A stretch of 64,000 nt of DNA, taken from contig OZ037765.1 in assembly GCA_964035545.1 (NCBI GenBank), positions 25,605,504-25,669,503 of the forward strand. The letters are read 5' to 3'. Of this stretch, positions 25,509-40,339 are shown piece after piece. Every line of letters starts with the position of its first letter. Position 1 is the first letter of the stretch. The notes under the pieces were generated by a model. The model saw nothing but the letters and a program-made list of their open reading frames with translations, was not told where the DNA came from and did no database searches. The translations under genes and the position numbers were made by a program. The DNA comes from Bugula neritina. Taxonomy: Eukaryota; Animalia; Bryozoa.

Positions 25509-28500
25509 CTAAAGAGCACCTACCAGAGGCTCAAACATCACATGATCACTGCCATCTAGATGTAGGCCTGATGTGGCATCTATTAAGTCTTCATCATCAT
25601 TGTCATCCAACAGATTTAAAGTTGAGGGCCCATGAGCATCTCGGATTATTTTACTTGCGCCCTTTCGTTTTTTTCGAGATGTCGTAAAAAACTTCTTCGC
25701 TATAAGAGCAAATTTCTTTTTGGAACCTTCAAAGACACCATAATGAGATATATGCAATGCGTTGCTAACATACGAATATTGAGGGCAAAATTTGATTGGT
25801 CTGTAAATTGTGATAGACGTGTACAACGGAATACAGGAGAAAATAACTCACTTGTTCCCATAGACTTGAGTTGGTCTCTAAAGTCTAGAACATCAGTTTT
25901 GTCTGTTCTATCAACAGGGACAATGGAGGGGCTCAGATGTTCAGCAGAAGGTGAGCTGATCTCAGAAGTTTTCGTAGTTTTTGCTGCAGCTGCATATGCA
26001 TCACAATTATGTTTATTATGGAAAGATAGTAAAATATAAGATAGGATTATGAGATATATTATATACTTGCATAATTACAGCTGTGCATGTTGACATAAAA
26101 TAATTATTTTAAATACTAATGCTATAACATTAGGCACTATCAGAACATCTCCAGTATTGTATGTTATCAGGCATAACTTACCAGCCGCAGAAGTAGAATC
26201 ACTAGTCAAATTGTTAGCGCTTGGTGGTGAAATGTCCTGAGGAGCCAACAGGTTCGGTGGAGGTCTCTCAGAAGATGGCGATAACCTTGAAAGTTGTCTG
26301 TTTAACTTACGTTCGTGAGCCAGCCGTGTGGCCAAAATATCTGCAATGTTATCAATAACATTATAATTAATAAAATAATAACAGGGTCACTAACATGACA
26401 TAATCAATAACATAATGTAATCAATAAGAAGTTGACAAACTATATAAAGTATAACTACCTCTTTCAAATTCTAAAGTCTTCATAAAATCTTCATTTCGTT
26501 TTAATTCCCTCAGAAATTCTTCATTTTGCATGATAAGAGCCAGTCTAAAAGTACAACCCAAACAAGTAGTAACAAGCAAGGTTCAAGGGCAACAGTGCGT
26601 AATCTCGACATCAACATACCAATTGCTGACAGGAAATTATCAAAAAACATCAATATATATCAGTATTGTGTGTAAAAATGTGCTAATGCAAAGTTCCTTC
26701 TAAAAACCCTTATGAAGTACTAAATAACTGGTGACCAATCGTACTTTAGATTATCAAAATTGATGTAAGAGCAAAATAATTGAATAAATTTTACTAGTTA
26801 CAATTATGTATGTAACTATGGTCAACTTTTACAGCTATTTTCACTATCAATGCATTTTCACTGAAAAATCTGAAACGGTTGAGCCAATGTCACTGTAGCT
26901 TCCGTTTGGTCAAATTTTGATAGTAGAATTATCCTTATAAATTTTATGAGTTGTGCTCTCATGAAAATTTCTATCGACCAACTTATTTAAACTGGAAAGT
27001 TTCAGATAGGGTGATAAAGCATTAAAATCAGCATATTCCCTTCATACCAAGGTTATAAATTCTGAGAATAATGATCAATAAGTAGAAATAGCTAGTTTAA
27101 AGTCTAGCTTCAGCATATTATTTTAGTAGTTTAAAACAGATGCATAAATAAAAACAAAAGCATCTCATTAACCTTTCATCTTCTAAATATCTGTCAGAAT
27201 CTCCCTCAATCTCACTAGCTTCACACGTTTCTTGTAACCTTCTTTGATTGGCATGAATTTGTTTCTTTAAGGCGTTATGACTCAGTCTTTCACTGGCAGA
27301 CTAGAATTATGACAGCTTGATTTTGGCAGCAATAAATAAAAGTAGAGCATAAGTATCTGTATTAATAACATTCAGCAGTGTAAATCCAAACCAAATTATT
27401 ATTTACCAAACCCAATGAATTTTTCTCGAAATTAGGAGCTATCACTATTATATAAAATGTCTAAAGAGCATTTAATATAGAAATATGTACAATTTTATTT
27501 AAAAAGTTTGAACAGCAAACATGTTTCTACTGTATTTTCTATGTGTAATAAATTCTTTCCCCAAGTGTTATACCATATTACTAGTTGAAAGCATTTTTAC
27601 ACTACATACAAGTTAATATCAATAAAAACTCAAAACTCAATTTTGAAAAAAATGAAATGAAAGTTTACAAAAGGGTTGTGACTTATTGATTAAGAGTACT
27701 TAAATCACATCATGTGGTGGAGAAATGACTACGATTATTGTTTAAAAACTGATTTAAGGAGTTATCTTTCCAAAAATTCAGTTATATCACAGAACAGGTT
27801 AATTGAAGAGCGAATTGTTTACTTGTAAACTAGCAAATGTTGCTAGTTTACAAGAACCAGTATGGCAAACGATAAAATTTGCAAAAAGTGGTCCAATATG
27901 AAAATTGTAAAATTTCAGTTCAAATAAAAAGGTGCATAGCTCATCTAGTGTTCCAATGTGTCATTAACCATCACACGCTAAGAGTAAAATCTCTCCAACT
28001 ATAACAGGTAAAATGTTGGTTTGTATACAGATATAAACGAGACAATTACAAATCAAATAAACCAAATGATGGGTGGTGAAAACTTGGTCATGCAGGTTAG
28101 AAGAAATCTCAAGCATAAACAAGCCATGAAACACTGAGCATGCGAAGGAGCTTTGAGAATAAACATCAACTTGATGTATCTAACAACACCAGACACCTCA
28201 AACTATGCTGGAGAAAGTAGGCGACAGAAAAACATTTAGAATTGAATTGTACTCATCAAAACTCACTTACCCGACCAACTGTTGTCCGAAGCCCGTGCCG
28301 ATTCCTGGATGTCTGAGAAGGGTTTGCACCATGTGATTGAAATGCGGTAGCTCGAGACCTGCTAACTGGCTGCTCGGCCAAATGAGTAGGAATCTTGTTT
28401 CTCACAGAATGAGACCGGTGCTTAGATGAAAGGCTCTTGGGGGGCCTTGGAGGAGGTGAGTCATTGGAGATTATTCTATGAATAGTCATGGCAGGTGTTA

Positions 28501-31156
28501 GCAGTTTCGTTACACACAACTGTCTATATGTATAAATATATAAATTTAAAAGGTGGACCTTATGTACAATTTCAACTATATGGTTAGAAAATTAATTGTA
28601 GCTTTTTTAGTAAACAAACTATTTACAGTCAACTTTTTAGTTGGTGAAACTAATAGGTTCAGATGGGTCATGATGTTGAATATGTAAACAAAGTGATTAA
28701 GAAGTGATATCAATAAACTAAAATCTATTTTTACACTTGACAACCTCTCCATTTCAACATGCTTTTCAAAGTTTAGAGGTCTCAACATAATTTTCTTTCA
28801 AACAATTCAGACTAAGATTTGGCAAATTTAATTTAATTTCAACTCTATTATTGTTATTATCAATAGTAATAGTGACACTGTAACGTTCTCATTATCAAAT
28901 TTTGTCTTAGCATAGACTGAGTCACACACAGGTGTGAAGCCTAGCCCAGCTATAACCTAGCAATTAAAAGCTCAGCTACTACTTCAACCTAATGTTACTG
29001 TATGTATATACAACAGCTGTGAGACATGAGCAGTTACATAGCAAAAGAGAGATCAACCACCTAATATAAACAGTGTCACAATATCTGTATAATACAAACC
29101 TCAACAAAATATCATAAACATGGTAATATACCAGTAGCATAAGCTATAGTATAAACTATACAAGTTGTTCAAACATTGCCAATAGTAAGCCATCAACTGC
29201 GTTTAACTAAATAAAATTATAAGTAGAGAAAACAAGTGCTATAAAGCATAAGAACACTCACAACTATTTGATTTGGTGCTGTTAAGATACCTGAGAAAGT
29301 TTGATGGTAGTTTGCCGAGCATTGGTATGACGAGACCATTCCACTCAGTGTCATATCTGGTCTGTGGGGTGTTGTAGAGGATGGGCGTAGCATTGGTCAC
29401 CTTAGGGGGCTGCTTCTTCCGTTTCAAAGAGCCCTCCCTTGGAGGCAGAGCAGGTGTGGCATCACTCACTTGTAATCTTTCAGTAGAAGATCTTAGACTT
29501 CCGGCTGGTTTGGGTGGTAGCAGTGGAGGCTAAATTACAAACAACTCATGATTCACAAAAATAAACATAATTTCATAACAAACTATCATTAAAACAACCT
29601 TTACATGAAAATACTGCGAAAATTGTTTGTTTTTTGTAACTAATCTAAATTTACACCAACAGAACGACAAGGGTTCATCAAATGTACATCATCTTCAGTA
29701 TGTAATGGCAGAGACATAATGGAGACAAGATGTACAGTACACTTGGCATATTATTAGATACAAACTCTAATCATTTAGTTTATTTTTCTATAGAGATAAG
29801 CATCAGATAGTCATTCACTGTTATAAATTTACTGTGCCTCATGCTATATACTCTATACTCTATACAAAGCATGGACTGTGAGCTTTTGTTATAGCTATAT
29901 AGTATAATTAAAACTGTAATTATTAACAATTATTACAACAATAAATATATAACACAGTATTTACTGATGAGGAGAGGTTAGCAGCAGGCTTAGCCTCAGT
30001 GTCTACATTCATAGTGAGGAGCTGGTCGATAGTGTCATCTACAGCCCCGCCATTAGCTCTCAGAACAGACTCTATCAACTCAACATCTAAACCAGGGAAC
30101 ATGGTCCGGAAATCATCCATTGCCTGTATTTATAATAGTGACTAAAATAATATATTTGTACATTATTACTACAATTATTATACAAATAGAGGATGCTGTG
30201 AAGTTGAGTAATCACCTCTGCAGTTCATTTCCGGCATAACGTAACACTAATAAGTGTATGCTGGGTGATATACTATACATGATATGAATAACTATTTACA
30301 TTAAATTAGTTTCAATATAAAACACCAAAATAACATCATGGAAAGAACTATAAACTATGAAATGTTCAACTAATCTATCTACAAGTTGATTAAAAAAACT
30401 AAAAAGCTCAAATACTAGTCATTTAATAAAATTGGGAATAATAGGTTTGGTTGGTAGAGCATGTAACAGAATTTGTGACAGGGTGAAAAAACACTCAAGT
30501 TTTATAAACATAGATGTTCACATTTTATACAGAAATAAAATTTACAAAACGTTGTAAAATGCTATTATAAATCTCTATTAATTACCTTTGGACAACAGTT
30601 TTGAACATAAAAATGCAAATTGCTTTCAACACCAATAAATGTTTTCCATTATATGCTATAAGAATAGCTGCTTTTTTGCTGGTAGTTGGAAGATAACACT
30701 TTGACTCTTGCATTTTAAATATAAGCAAATATAGAGGCTACCCTTTAAGTGGGACCACCTAATAGCTATTGTGTCCTATTGAAAACAATTTCAATCTTGC
30801 ATGGCTTTCACAAAATAGTTGAGTTAGTTAGTTTACTAAGCTAGTCATAGCTCCAACTAGGAGATGGGCAAATCAATATAATCAGAATTAGAGTTTATAC
30901 TGACTCAACTAGGAATCATACAAATATTTTATCTCACAAAACCAGCATTCAAACTTTGTGTTGCAATCAATTATCAATATTAAACTTTGTTTATTGTCAT
31001 TAGCTAAACCACAAATGGTATATATATACATACAGCTTCAAAATCTAGCTGACCGGGATTTCGTTTGCTTCGTTTCTCCTCAGCAATCTCAAGAGCTGGG
31101 GGTGCTGCACTGTGTATTCGCATATTTTGTTCAATAGGAGAACTGAATCCCGCCAT
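25509..31156 (-). CDS. CUEDC1: CUE domain-containing protein 1. Approximate exons 31156-31034, 30123-29965, 29529-29291, ~28523-28271, 27300-27173, 26544-26459, 26340-26182, ~25986-25852, ~25724-25509
   Basis: QLDFEA|AMDDFRTMFPGLDVELIESVLRANGGAVDDTIDQLLTM (CUE domain), PMLGKLPSNFLR, RYLEDER|LALIMQNEEFLRELKRNEDF, SKKKFALIAKKF are the conserved CUEDC1 blocks. Confidence 0.9.
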
Positions 31157-32399
31157 TTCTACTGTTTCTCCAAGTCTAGCTTTATTGAGACTTTGAAACA
31201 ATCTATGAATCAACAAATAACATGTTTGAATAAAATTAGGGTAATGGTAATATGTTACCATAGTAACAAATAGCTACAAGAAAAAGTGTAACAAGTAGCA
31301 GTGAAAGTTGCTGTATTATTCATGATACTCTGAATAAAATGTTATGAGTTCTCATATTCCTAAAGGAAAAGAAACGAATATACTATACCACAAAACTGAT
31401 ATTTATACAATGAAGTGCTACATGTTGGTGAAATGACATAATTCTTAAAACAGTTTCATTTTTACTAACAAAAAAACCTAGGAGTAGTTCAACATAATAT
31501 TTCTAGCTGAGAACTGAAAAAAAGTATCCAGGTTATTAAATTTACTAAATAGTAAATACCAATTAAATAACTTCAACAAAAACATTTAATACACATTGAC
31601 TATATATATACAAAAGTTACCATTCAGTATTATTTCAGAAATCAGTTAATATGTCTTTGTAAACAATTTAATATTTCAAACTTTCTTTAAATCTATTGAA
31701 AGACCCAATCACTACAGCTATTTTTCCATTTTCAAATAGATGATCTCAATATTTCAAGCAAAGATGGGTTGTGCAAGAAAAAGCTAGTGTAAAGTAAGTA
31801 CGCAGTTTAACCTAACATTTTGGCCCAATTTTTATAGTACAACACAACTTAAACACTACACTAATAACTAAGCCTAAGTCAAAACTAGCATAGCTTACTT
31901 AGTTTTCTAAGTACTTAAATAACAAACTTGACCAGTTCACTGATATGCTAATAATATCTTGTTGATGTATTATGCCTCACAGGTGCAATCAACATAATGA
32001 AAATTACAATTTTAAATTTGGAACATAATCAACAGATGTTTACCATGCCTAAAATTTTTCCAAATCCAACTCTTGAAAATTGACTGCAAAGGCAGTTAAA
32101 GCAGCTCAATCACCATTAGAATCAGCAGAATTTGTATAAATTGCCACCAAAATAAGTTCATACCCAACTTTTCTCTTCTTGTTAACATAGGAGAGTACTA
32201 TGAACCTTAGATGCAATAAACAGCAGCTATAGGTATAAGCCTAAAATTTCTAGCCTTTTCAAGATAATCTGCAGATGTGAATGACTAGAAATTTATTCAG
32301 AACAGTAACAGTCCCAGTTTGAATTTTTCCTGTAATGATATTTTTTTTATATCGATGGCCACTACTAGACTTGATAGGTTATTAACTTTTACATGCTTC

Positions 32400-33480
32400 C
32401 GGTTACATTACTGTGAACAGTTTATGCTCATAAGAATAAATGCGATACTCATATTCATACTGTCTGTTTCCAGAAGCTTGCTAGTATCAATGCTATCAAA
32501 ATCACTTTCAATGTGACATTGAATATCAATATGAATATTAATATGAGTACAGTATAATATTAATTCTAACGCTCTAGAGTCTAGCCTAAGCCTATTGGCA
32601 TTGCTTATTGGCAAACTACAATGTCAACACAGTTTGAAAAGTTTAGTTTATTACTTTACCTATAACTATAAGTATAACTATTAGAGTTCATGATTAAATA
32701 ACTCCCCCCCCCCCTCCCCAACAATCTTTTGCAAGTTGCATATCGATATTCATATTAAATTTTGATTTTCATATATCATATTGATATTCAAAGTGACAAC
32801 CCTTACAATACATTTGCCTCATTAGGCTTAGCTAAGAAATTAATATTCCAAAGTAAAACTAGAACTAAACTAAACGTAAACGTAAGCTTTAATAATAATT
32901 TGATTAATTAAATTCTTTTCAATAACTATTCTGATTCTCTCCTTATTATAATAATTATAATTATATTTATAATCATTACTTAAACTTATACTTATAGTTA
33001 TAGCTATTAGACTTGAAGTGTCACAATTATAAAATAATTATACGTCTTAGTCTAAGATTTGGATTAACTTTAAGTATAAATGTAAAAAGGTAAAACTGAA
33101 AGTAAAACTTACAGTTACAGTTACACCACGTTCAACTTCAAGTTCAAGACTTCGACCCAGTCAGTATCAGTATGGGTATGCGTAACTTCAACTTGGTCTT
33201 ACAGTAACAGTTACTAAGTCACAGAGTGAGAGTTAGATTTACTTTAACTTGAATTCCAACACTAACATTAACACTAACAATATCTTACTCTAAGTCTAAC
33301 AACAGAAAGTGTAAGACCAAGTGACAGTGTGAGTGTAACTCCCATAGGCCATAGGCCATAACATAAAGTTAAACATTAACTCTATGATTGAAACTATGAA
33401 AGACTTTTAGTTTTACTTTAGCTCTAGTCTTGGACGAGATTAAATAAAATGTGATTAACCACTATGACTATTAGTATTAG
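32400..33480. repeat. (TNA-NNN)n tract, 5' region of CUEDC1
   Basis: TAA AAC TGA AAG TAA AAC TTA CAG TTA CAG TTA CAC; TCA ACT TCA AGT TCA; TTA CTC TAA GTC TAA. Confidence 0.85.
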
Positions 33481-33574
33481 TCCCACTACTGGGTTTGGCT
33501 AACGCGAACAGTTGACAAAATACGAATGGTAAAGTAATTGAGCATATTGCTATTAGTCCTGGAATAAACCCTGT

Positions 33575-33605
33575 TTAACCACCGGAAGCTCACCGGATGT
33601 ACAAA
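33575..33605 (-). promoter_or_regulatory. Probable distal CUEDC1 promoter (tandem ETS-like sites)
   Basis: ACCGGAAGC and ACCGGATGT lie 12 bp apart in a CpG-enriched patch adjoining the periodic tract. Confidence 0.45.
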
Positions 33606-35237
33606 GCGACGAGTTCATTCTGCTAAATATCTTAGGTCAGCCGCAATTTGAGCCATGTGAGAGCACAACTGCTGCACTGTTAGTTTGTTGGATTCGGAGT
33701 GGAAGAGAAATGGAGTAGGTACTAGAACTAAGAAGCAGTGTCAAGTTGTTGTTAAAACGGAAAAGAGTATATCTTTATAACTATGATTTGGTATAACTAT
33801 AACTCTATCAGTGTCTAAATTAAACCAGTGCCTTTTAACCTTCAGAATGCAAAACCTATTATACTTTACTTTATATAGGCTGGTTCACCTTTTCATGTCC
33901 TTTAATTTTTCTATGTTGCGGAAATTTTAGACAAAAAATCGCATGTTTTAGTTGACCAACAAATAATATTATAGGCCTATATAACTAAACGGGTAAAAGG
34001 TATTGTGACTAAGAAGCTTGTTTGTGGTGACTAATGTTTGTTGATAAAATGGTACATAGTAAGGTAAGGAGATTTGAATAGCTGTTTACAACTGCCTACA
34101 CACTTCTAACTTTTGGTAATATGAATAATATGTTACGTAAATGAGTGGTAACTATTCATGGCATGATGAATTGTGTTTATAATTCTTAGCAAACCATAAC
34201 TCTCATTAGCTTCATCGATATAGGCCATCATTGTAGCCATTGATTAATTTTAAAAGATGTTAATTTGTTTAGGCAGTGTATACATTCTTTGGAAAACTGT
34301 AGTAGTTTTCTTTGGAAAACTGCAAGTAGTATAACTCAAGCCATAGTCATAAAGCATATACATGGAATTATATATATATTTGTAACATTATTGCTTCCAC
34401 ATAAAACGCTTACAACTATCCAATTTAAATTGAGAAATATTGTGTACTTGACCAGTTGGATGAAACTATGTTTTAATAGCCACTGTTACAAAAAAGTATA
34501 TAGATAAGAATTGTACAAAAGATAATAAAAAATTGAATTGCGTAAAGTGTAACTATTTTATGATTGCACAATGCTGTAATGTTACTTTGAATGCCTATAC
34601 TCATGCAGCTAAACTTTAAAATTTGTATAACCAGTATGATATAATCACATTATAATTATAATGAGTACAGTGATGGTAATAAAGAAACAGCATTATACAA
34701 CATGCAGATAGTGAGAACATTATATTATATATTTATGCTTTTTCACAAGTATTTTAGCTATATTATTATTTAGACCTGTACTATGAACATAATATAATAT
34801 ATGTAAAACCTTTTATTATTCTCAAACATAGGATGCAAAGTTAATAATTTATACAGTGATGTTTTCTCAATGTTTAACTACAACACAGACTTTTCATTCT
34901 TTGCACTATCCTGGTTATAAGAATTACCTTCTCCCACCTAACTACTTTTATAACTAGCTTGTAAATATTTTATGGATATGAGGAAAGAATAAAATTGGAG
35001 TACATCCAAGAGAAGACAACTGCATCATGTGAATCACGGAAAGCCACTGTCTTTACACTGAATTGCAGACCACCATTGCATTTCTTATGTCTTTGGAATA
35101 TACTGCAAGGATGCCAAATGTACCACTACAGCAATGTCCATTCTTTGAAGTAAACCTATATGTTTCTTATTGAAAGAAGAAATAACGGCTCATACTATAT
35201 AAGTAAAGTTCGACACAATGCAGGGTCAAGTGACCAG

Positions 35238-38200
35238 TTACTGGGTAATGTTGTGTTTCTTATAGAGTGCTATAATCTCATTCACTTCATCTGCAGATCC
35301 GAGAAACACAGGAGCTCTTTCATGGATTTTTGTTGGCTGTATCTCTAAGATTCTTCCGGAACCAGTAGAGGCCAAACCTCCAGCATTCTCTATGATGAAT
35401 GCCATTGGATTAGCTTCATACAAGAGTCTCAGCTAGAAAAAACAGATACCAGATTTTAATTCCATGATTTATCAAAACTCCAACTTACCAAGGTAGCCTC
35501 TGATAAAGTTTCAACACTGTATAAATAAAATAGTATCTATAGTATTTAATAATGATACACCAATAGGCTTTCTTTCACTATTATGAGAATACAAAGGAGG
35601 TGTAGTAGTATCAACTTCTCTTTTGCCATGCTCAACACTCTAAGCAATATATAAACACTGCATAAGAACCACCATATCTTGATATATTCAATGAAGCAAC
35701 TTGAAGCATGAAGAGCAGACATACCTTTCCTTTTGGAGCGGAAGCAGAAGGGGGATACATAAAGATACCTCCATACACAAGAGTCCTGTGTACATCAGCC
35801 ACCATAGATCCGACGTACCGAGATGAATAGGATTTACCATTCTGCAAAATCACCAGAAGTTGCATTTAAACTTACACAGCAATTTTTCTTGAAATGAAAT
35901 ACTTATACATGTTAAATTTTATAAACCAGCCTTTTCTCAACCCTTTAGCTTACCAACAAAATACCAAGAGTGTCACACAAAGCCAATGCAAAATTAGAAA
36001 TATAATATTGGAGATCCTTGCTTTAATGATTAACAAACCTGAGGGAACTTTTTGTTGTTGACGTATTCTTTAACAGCTTCATTCCAGGTACTGGCGTATC
36101 CCTCATTTAGAGAGTAGATTGACTTGCCTTTGGGAGCCATAGTTATTTTAGGGTGTGTCAGAACAAATTCTCCCAAACTCTACTCAAGAAAATAACCACA
36201 TGACTAACAATAAAGTGGGCATAGACAAGCTCATCAAACAATTTAGCAATAAGAACATCAATGCATGATATATATTAGTATAGTTTAACCTTCATTGTTA
36301 ACAGAGAAATCATGTTCAACATGTTCACATTTATTCAAAGTAAAAATATCTGCATAATTAAAACCTAAACAAATGAACAAAATTCTTCAATGTAGGTATT
36401 GTATAAGTGAGGTGAACTCATATTTGCTTTTCAATTATGAATTTATAGCCCTACCCTACACTGTTACAAAATATTGAATCACGGAAATATGCAATTTCAA
36501 TTAACATGATTTAAATATGAATTGCTGCAAACACAAAAGGAAGTATTAGTCTCAACTGGATTACATTAAAACTCATAGTGCTTTCTTTCCTATGAAAAAT
36601 ATAGTATAATAGGTAAACTATTAGTGCAATTTTTTAGTAAATAATTGGAGATTTAAAAATCAAAATGAATAAAATAGGTAAAATTCACCACATAATATAT
36701 ACGGTTACAAAACTTGAATAAATTTCTGATGTTTGTTGCAAGACCACAATAATTGGATATGCTTCCAATTTCAAAATAGTTATTTCTTTTTTATTGGTTT
36801 GGCCATAAGCTGGTAAATTTTGAGGCAAAATGTAGCTGTGGTTTGTAACCAGAAAGTTCTTAATATTACTTTGAAATAGTAGGAATGATGTTCACTGCAA
36901 GTAAAAAAAACAAGTAATAACATAAGAATGAAAAATGCCAATCTGAGATAGCAATAAACTTTCAATGCTCAGAAAATGGGATATATTTAAGTAGTAATTC
37001 TGTGAGAGTATTTCATAAGTGAAAGCATAGACCAAGATTACATATACAACAATACCACCTAAAATGATTGATTACACAAATACACAAAACAAACAGTTTT
37101 AGGCTAAGTACATACAGGATCTAGCATAAAGCCATGCACTCCAGATTCCTTGCCCAGCGATATAACGACCATAGTAGCACTGCCGTATAGAGCATAGCCT
37201 GCACACACTAGCTCAGTGCCACACTGAAGGGCATCTTTTATACTTGGAGTTTCATTAGATATCTAAACATCAGCAGAAAATATAATAAATCCTACCGTAC
37301 AATAGTTAAAAAGAGAGATCATATAAATACAGATAAGTTGTATATTTTGACCAAGAGTGTCTAATTCAACATTTTTAAAAAATGGTTATAAATTCAGACA
37401 AAATGGTAAGTAAATGCCTCAAAGTATAGCAAAGTTATGTGATAGAATAACATAATTTAAATGAACAACTAAAAGATAATTCTCAAGCTTAAAACTAGTC
37501 ACAGTTTGTTAAAAACTCAACTATAAAAATCAGACAATCGGAGGTCAAGAACCTGAAAACTCACTTCAAATCCTAACTGCATAAAAATGATTGATATAAA
37601 GATATAATAACCAAGTAAATTTCACTGAATTTGAAATTATTTCAACTAATTGAAAAGTACATTAATTGATGGGTGGCCATAAAAAAAATCTAAACAATTT
37701 ATTTTTTTCAACTTATTACACAAACACATCTGCAAGATTATGATTATCATCACCAAGAAAGTTCAGGCTCACTTTTTGTTTAAGCATTCTACAAGTTCAA
37801 ATAACTGTTTTGATAATATTGAGCTATTTATAACTCTAAGAAATAATCTGACTAATGAGTCTAAAACAACATGTACCTTCTAGAAGTTTAATCAATAACT
37901 GTACACATTTAATTTAAAATCGAATGCATTTATTCACAACAGGAAGTAAAGGCAAAAAGTAAAAAACAGTCTCTGCTTACCTTTCTATAAATTCCAAAGA
38001 TGGACCCAATAGATACTAAACAGTCTATATTTGATGAGCCGTCCAAAGGATCAAAAGTGACTATATATTTACCCTGTAAACAGCACACATCTCACATAAC
38101 AGACAATTTTGGACTTCCTGTTTTATTCGAACTACTATCTTGTTATTATAATTCAGCAATGTCCCACATTGAGGATACATTATAGTTGTGATTCAACATA

Positions 38201-39694
38201 TTAGCAAATAAATTTGTAAGGAACTCCATATTGTAATTATGCAATAGACATGTGCCTATTTCCACATACTTTGCTAGCAATATCAAGTTAGCTAATGCAC
38301 TAGAATAGACCTTATGTTGCAATCAGGAATTGAGCAACACTGTGACTTGACAGCGTTCAACTTGATTGCAAGTTACTTGTTTTGAAATGAATCATAATGT
38401 GTGAAAGCTAAATTATAAGGCTATGGCAGAAGGATGTTATGAGAATGTTGCTTCAGACATAATAAGTGTGACAATTTAAAGATTCATTTTGAATCAGAAC
38501 TGCTCATACAAGCAGCATCTTAAAAAACTAAAATAGTCCAACATGGACGCCCTCCTCACCTTGACCTAGCCCAACTCCTAACCTTGACCTACAAACCTGC
38601 TGTTCAGTCTCAACTTCTATCACATCTTCATTTTCCTCTGAGACCATAAGGCAGGTTGAGTATGAAGACTTCAGCATATTTATAAAGCAGTCATTAGCCA
38701 GAACATCCAGTTTCTTGACCTCCTCACCTTGGACATTGGTAGTCCCTTGAAATCCATACCTGCCATAACAGCAGAGCAGTTACACAACACAATTACATTA
38801 TAGCATTTTAAACTCATAAGAGATGTTACAAAAATCTCCAATACAGTTTCAATGTAAGAAAACAGCTGAAGTACATTTTTTTTTCTATTTCGAAGTAAAA
38901 CAAATATTTAGGGTCATAATCAAACGTTTTAAAAAAATTTACCTTCAACTGCTAGATAAACTATGCAAAAACTAACAAAATTTAATAAAAATGATAAAAA
39001 ATATATCAGAACTTAACACTTTCATACATTCAGACATATCATCTAATCTAGATAAGCCTCAAGTTTCATAAAGTAAGCAAATAAGTGAAGAGCTTTGTAA
39101 TAAAATTTGTGCATAGTCATATTTTAATGAGACATAAACATTTGAGAGCTTTGATTAACAAATGCTATAAAGGTCAATATAATTAATTGATAAGCAAATA
39201 ATATGCTTAAAAGTTTACACCTAAATATGAGTATATTACACTAATCACTCTCTTCAGTGGTGTACTTAACATAACAAACAACTTGGATTATGAAAAAAAA
39301 GGCATGGAATATAATATAAAAGAGGAAGTTCTTTTCTAGTACAGTTATAAATATATAGATAGCCTTGTAATACATATTTGCAAGACTGACATACACATGC
39401 ATTTTCTAGTTTCAACTTAAACAACAAAACATTTTTTTTTAAATATTGTGGCATAAACAGTTTAAATGTAAATTGCTAGAAAAATTTTGTCAAATATATT
39501 GTGTTTAGAGAAATCATAAGTTGCACTTACAGATTAGCAATGCCAGCCCGTCTTACAGCTGTCTGCACAGCTTTAACTGCTGTCAGAAGAGACTGCAAAA
39601 GCATAGTCAGATCTCCAGTGGCATGAGGGTGTTTCTTCTGCTCTTCCAACACAAAGCGTGTCAGAGTCATGCAATTCGTATCTATTCCGGCCAT
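35238..39694 (-). CDS. FBP1: Fructose-1,6-bisphosphatase class 1. Approximate exons 39694-39531, 38759-38598, 38073-37981, 37263-37116, 36179-36039, 35841-35725, 35432-35238
   Basis: [107 protein letters not shown]. Confidence 0.97.
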
Positions 39695-40339
39695 AATGAG
39701 CAGGGAGCTGTTGGACTATGCTCAACACAAATACTACAATATCATAACAATTGTTTTTCTAAAATTGCTGTTAAACTTACTAGAATGCAGAGTTACTAAA
39801 CTTTGAATCATGGTGAGGATTGAGTAATTGAATGTCACCATAATCTTAAAGCTATAATTTAATAATAGACATATTATAATAATAATAGATGGCTATTTAT
39901 CAAGCAAAACTACTACTAACACCACCAGCTTTGCTTCCCTTACAACTAACTAATTTTATTTTCTCTCCAATAATATACATATACAGCCTCCCAACTGCAA
40001 GTTAGAATAAATCACAACTCGCAAGCTACAAAAATTCTATTAGATAAACTAGTATTTTAACAATGGTAAATATTTGCACAATAATTATAATAACAAAAAT
40101 ATAAATACCTATAAAATCTCATTGGTAGACATAAATGGTAAATGTTTAAAAATGTATTACCATTATGCTTACCATCACTATAATTTGTTAATTATTGTCA
40201 CTACTAGCAATAATATTACTAATACTATTAGTACAGATGACTTTATCTAGTTATTGTACTACAGAAGCTTAATACCAAATAGCAATAGGCTATTTTACAC
40301 TTAGAACTATACCTAAGTGTATGATAGTTACTACTTTAA

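Noticed and set aside
32703-32719. Poly-C run (and poly-G at 60509-60521) as functional G-quadruplexes
   Set aside because: Simple homopolymers with no supporting evidence.
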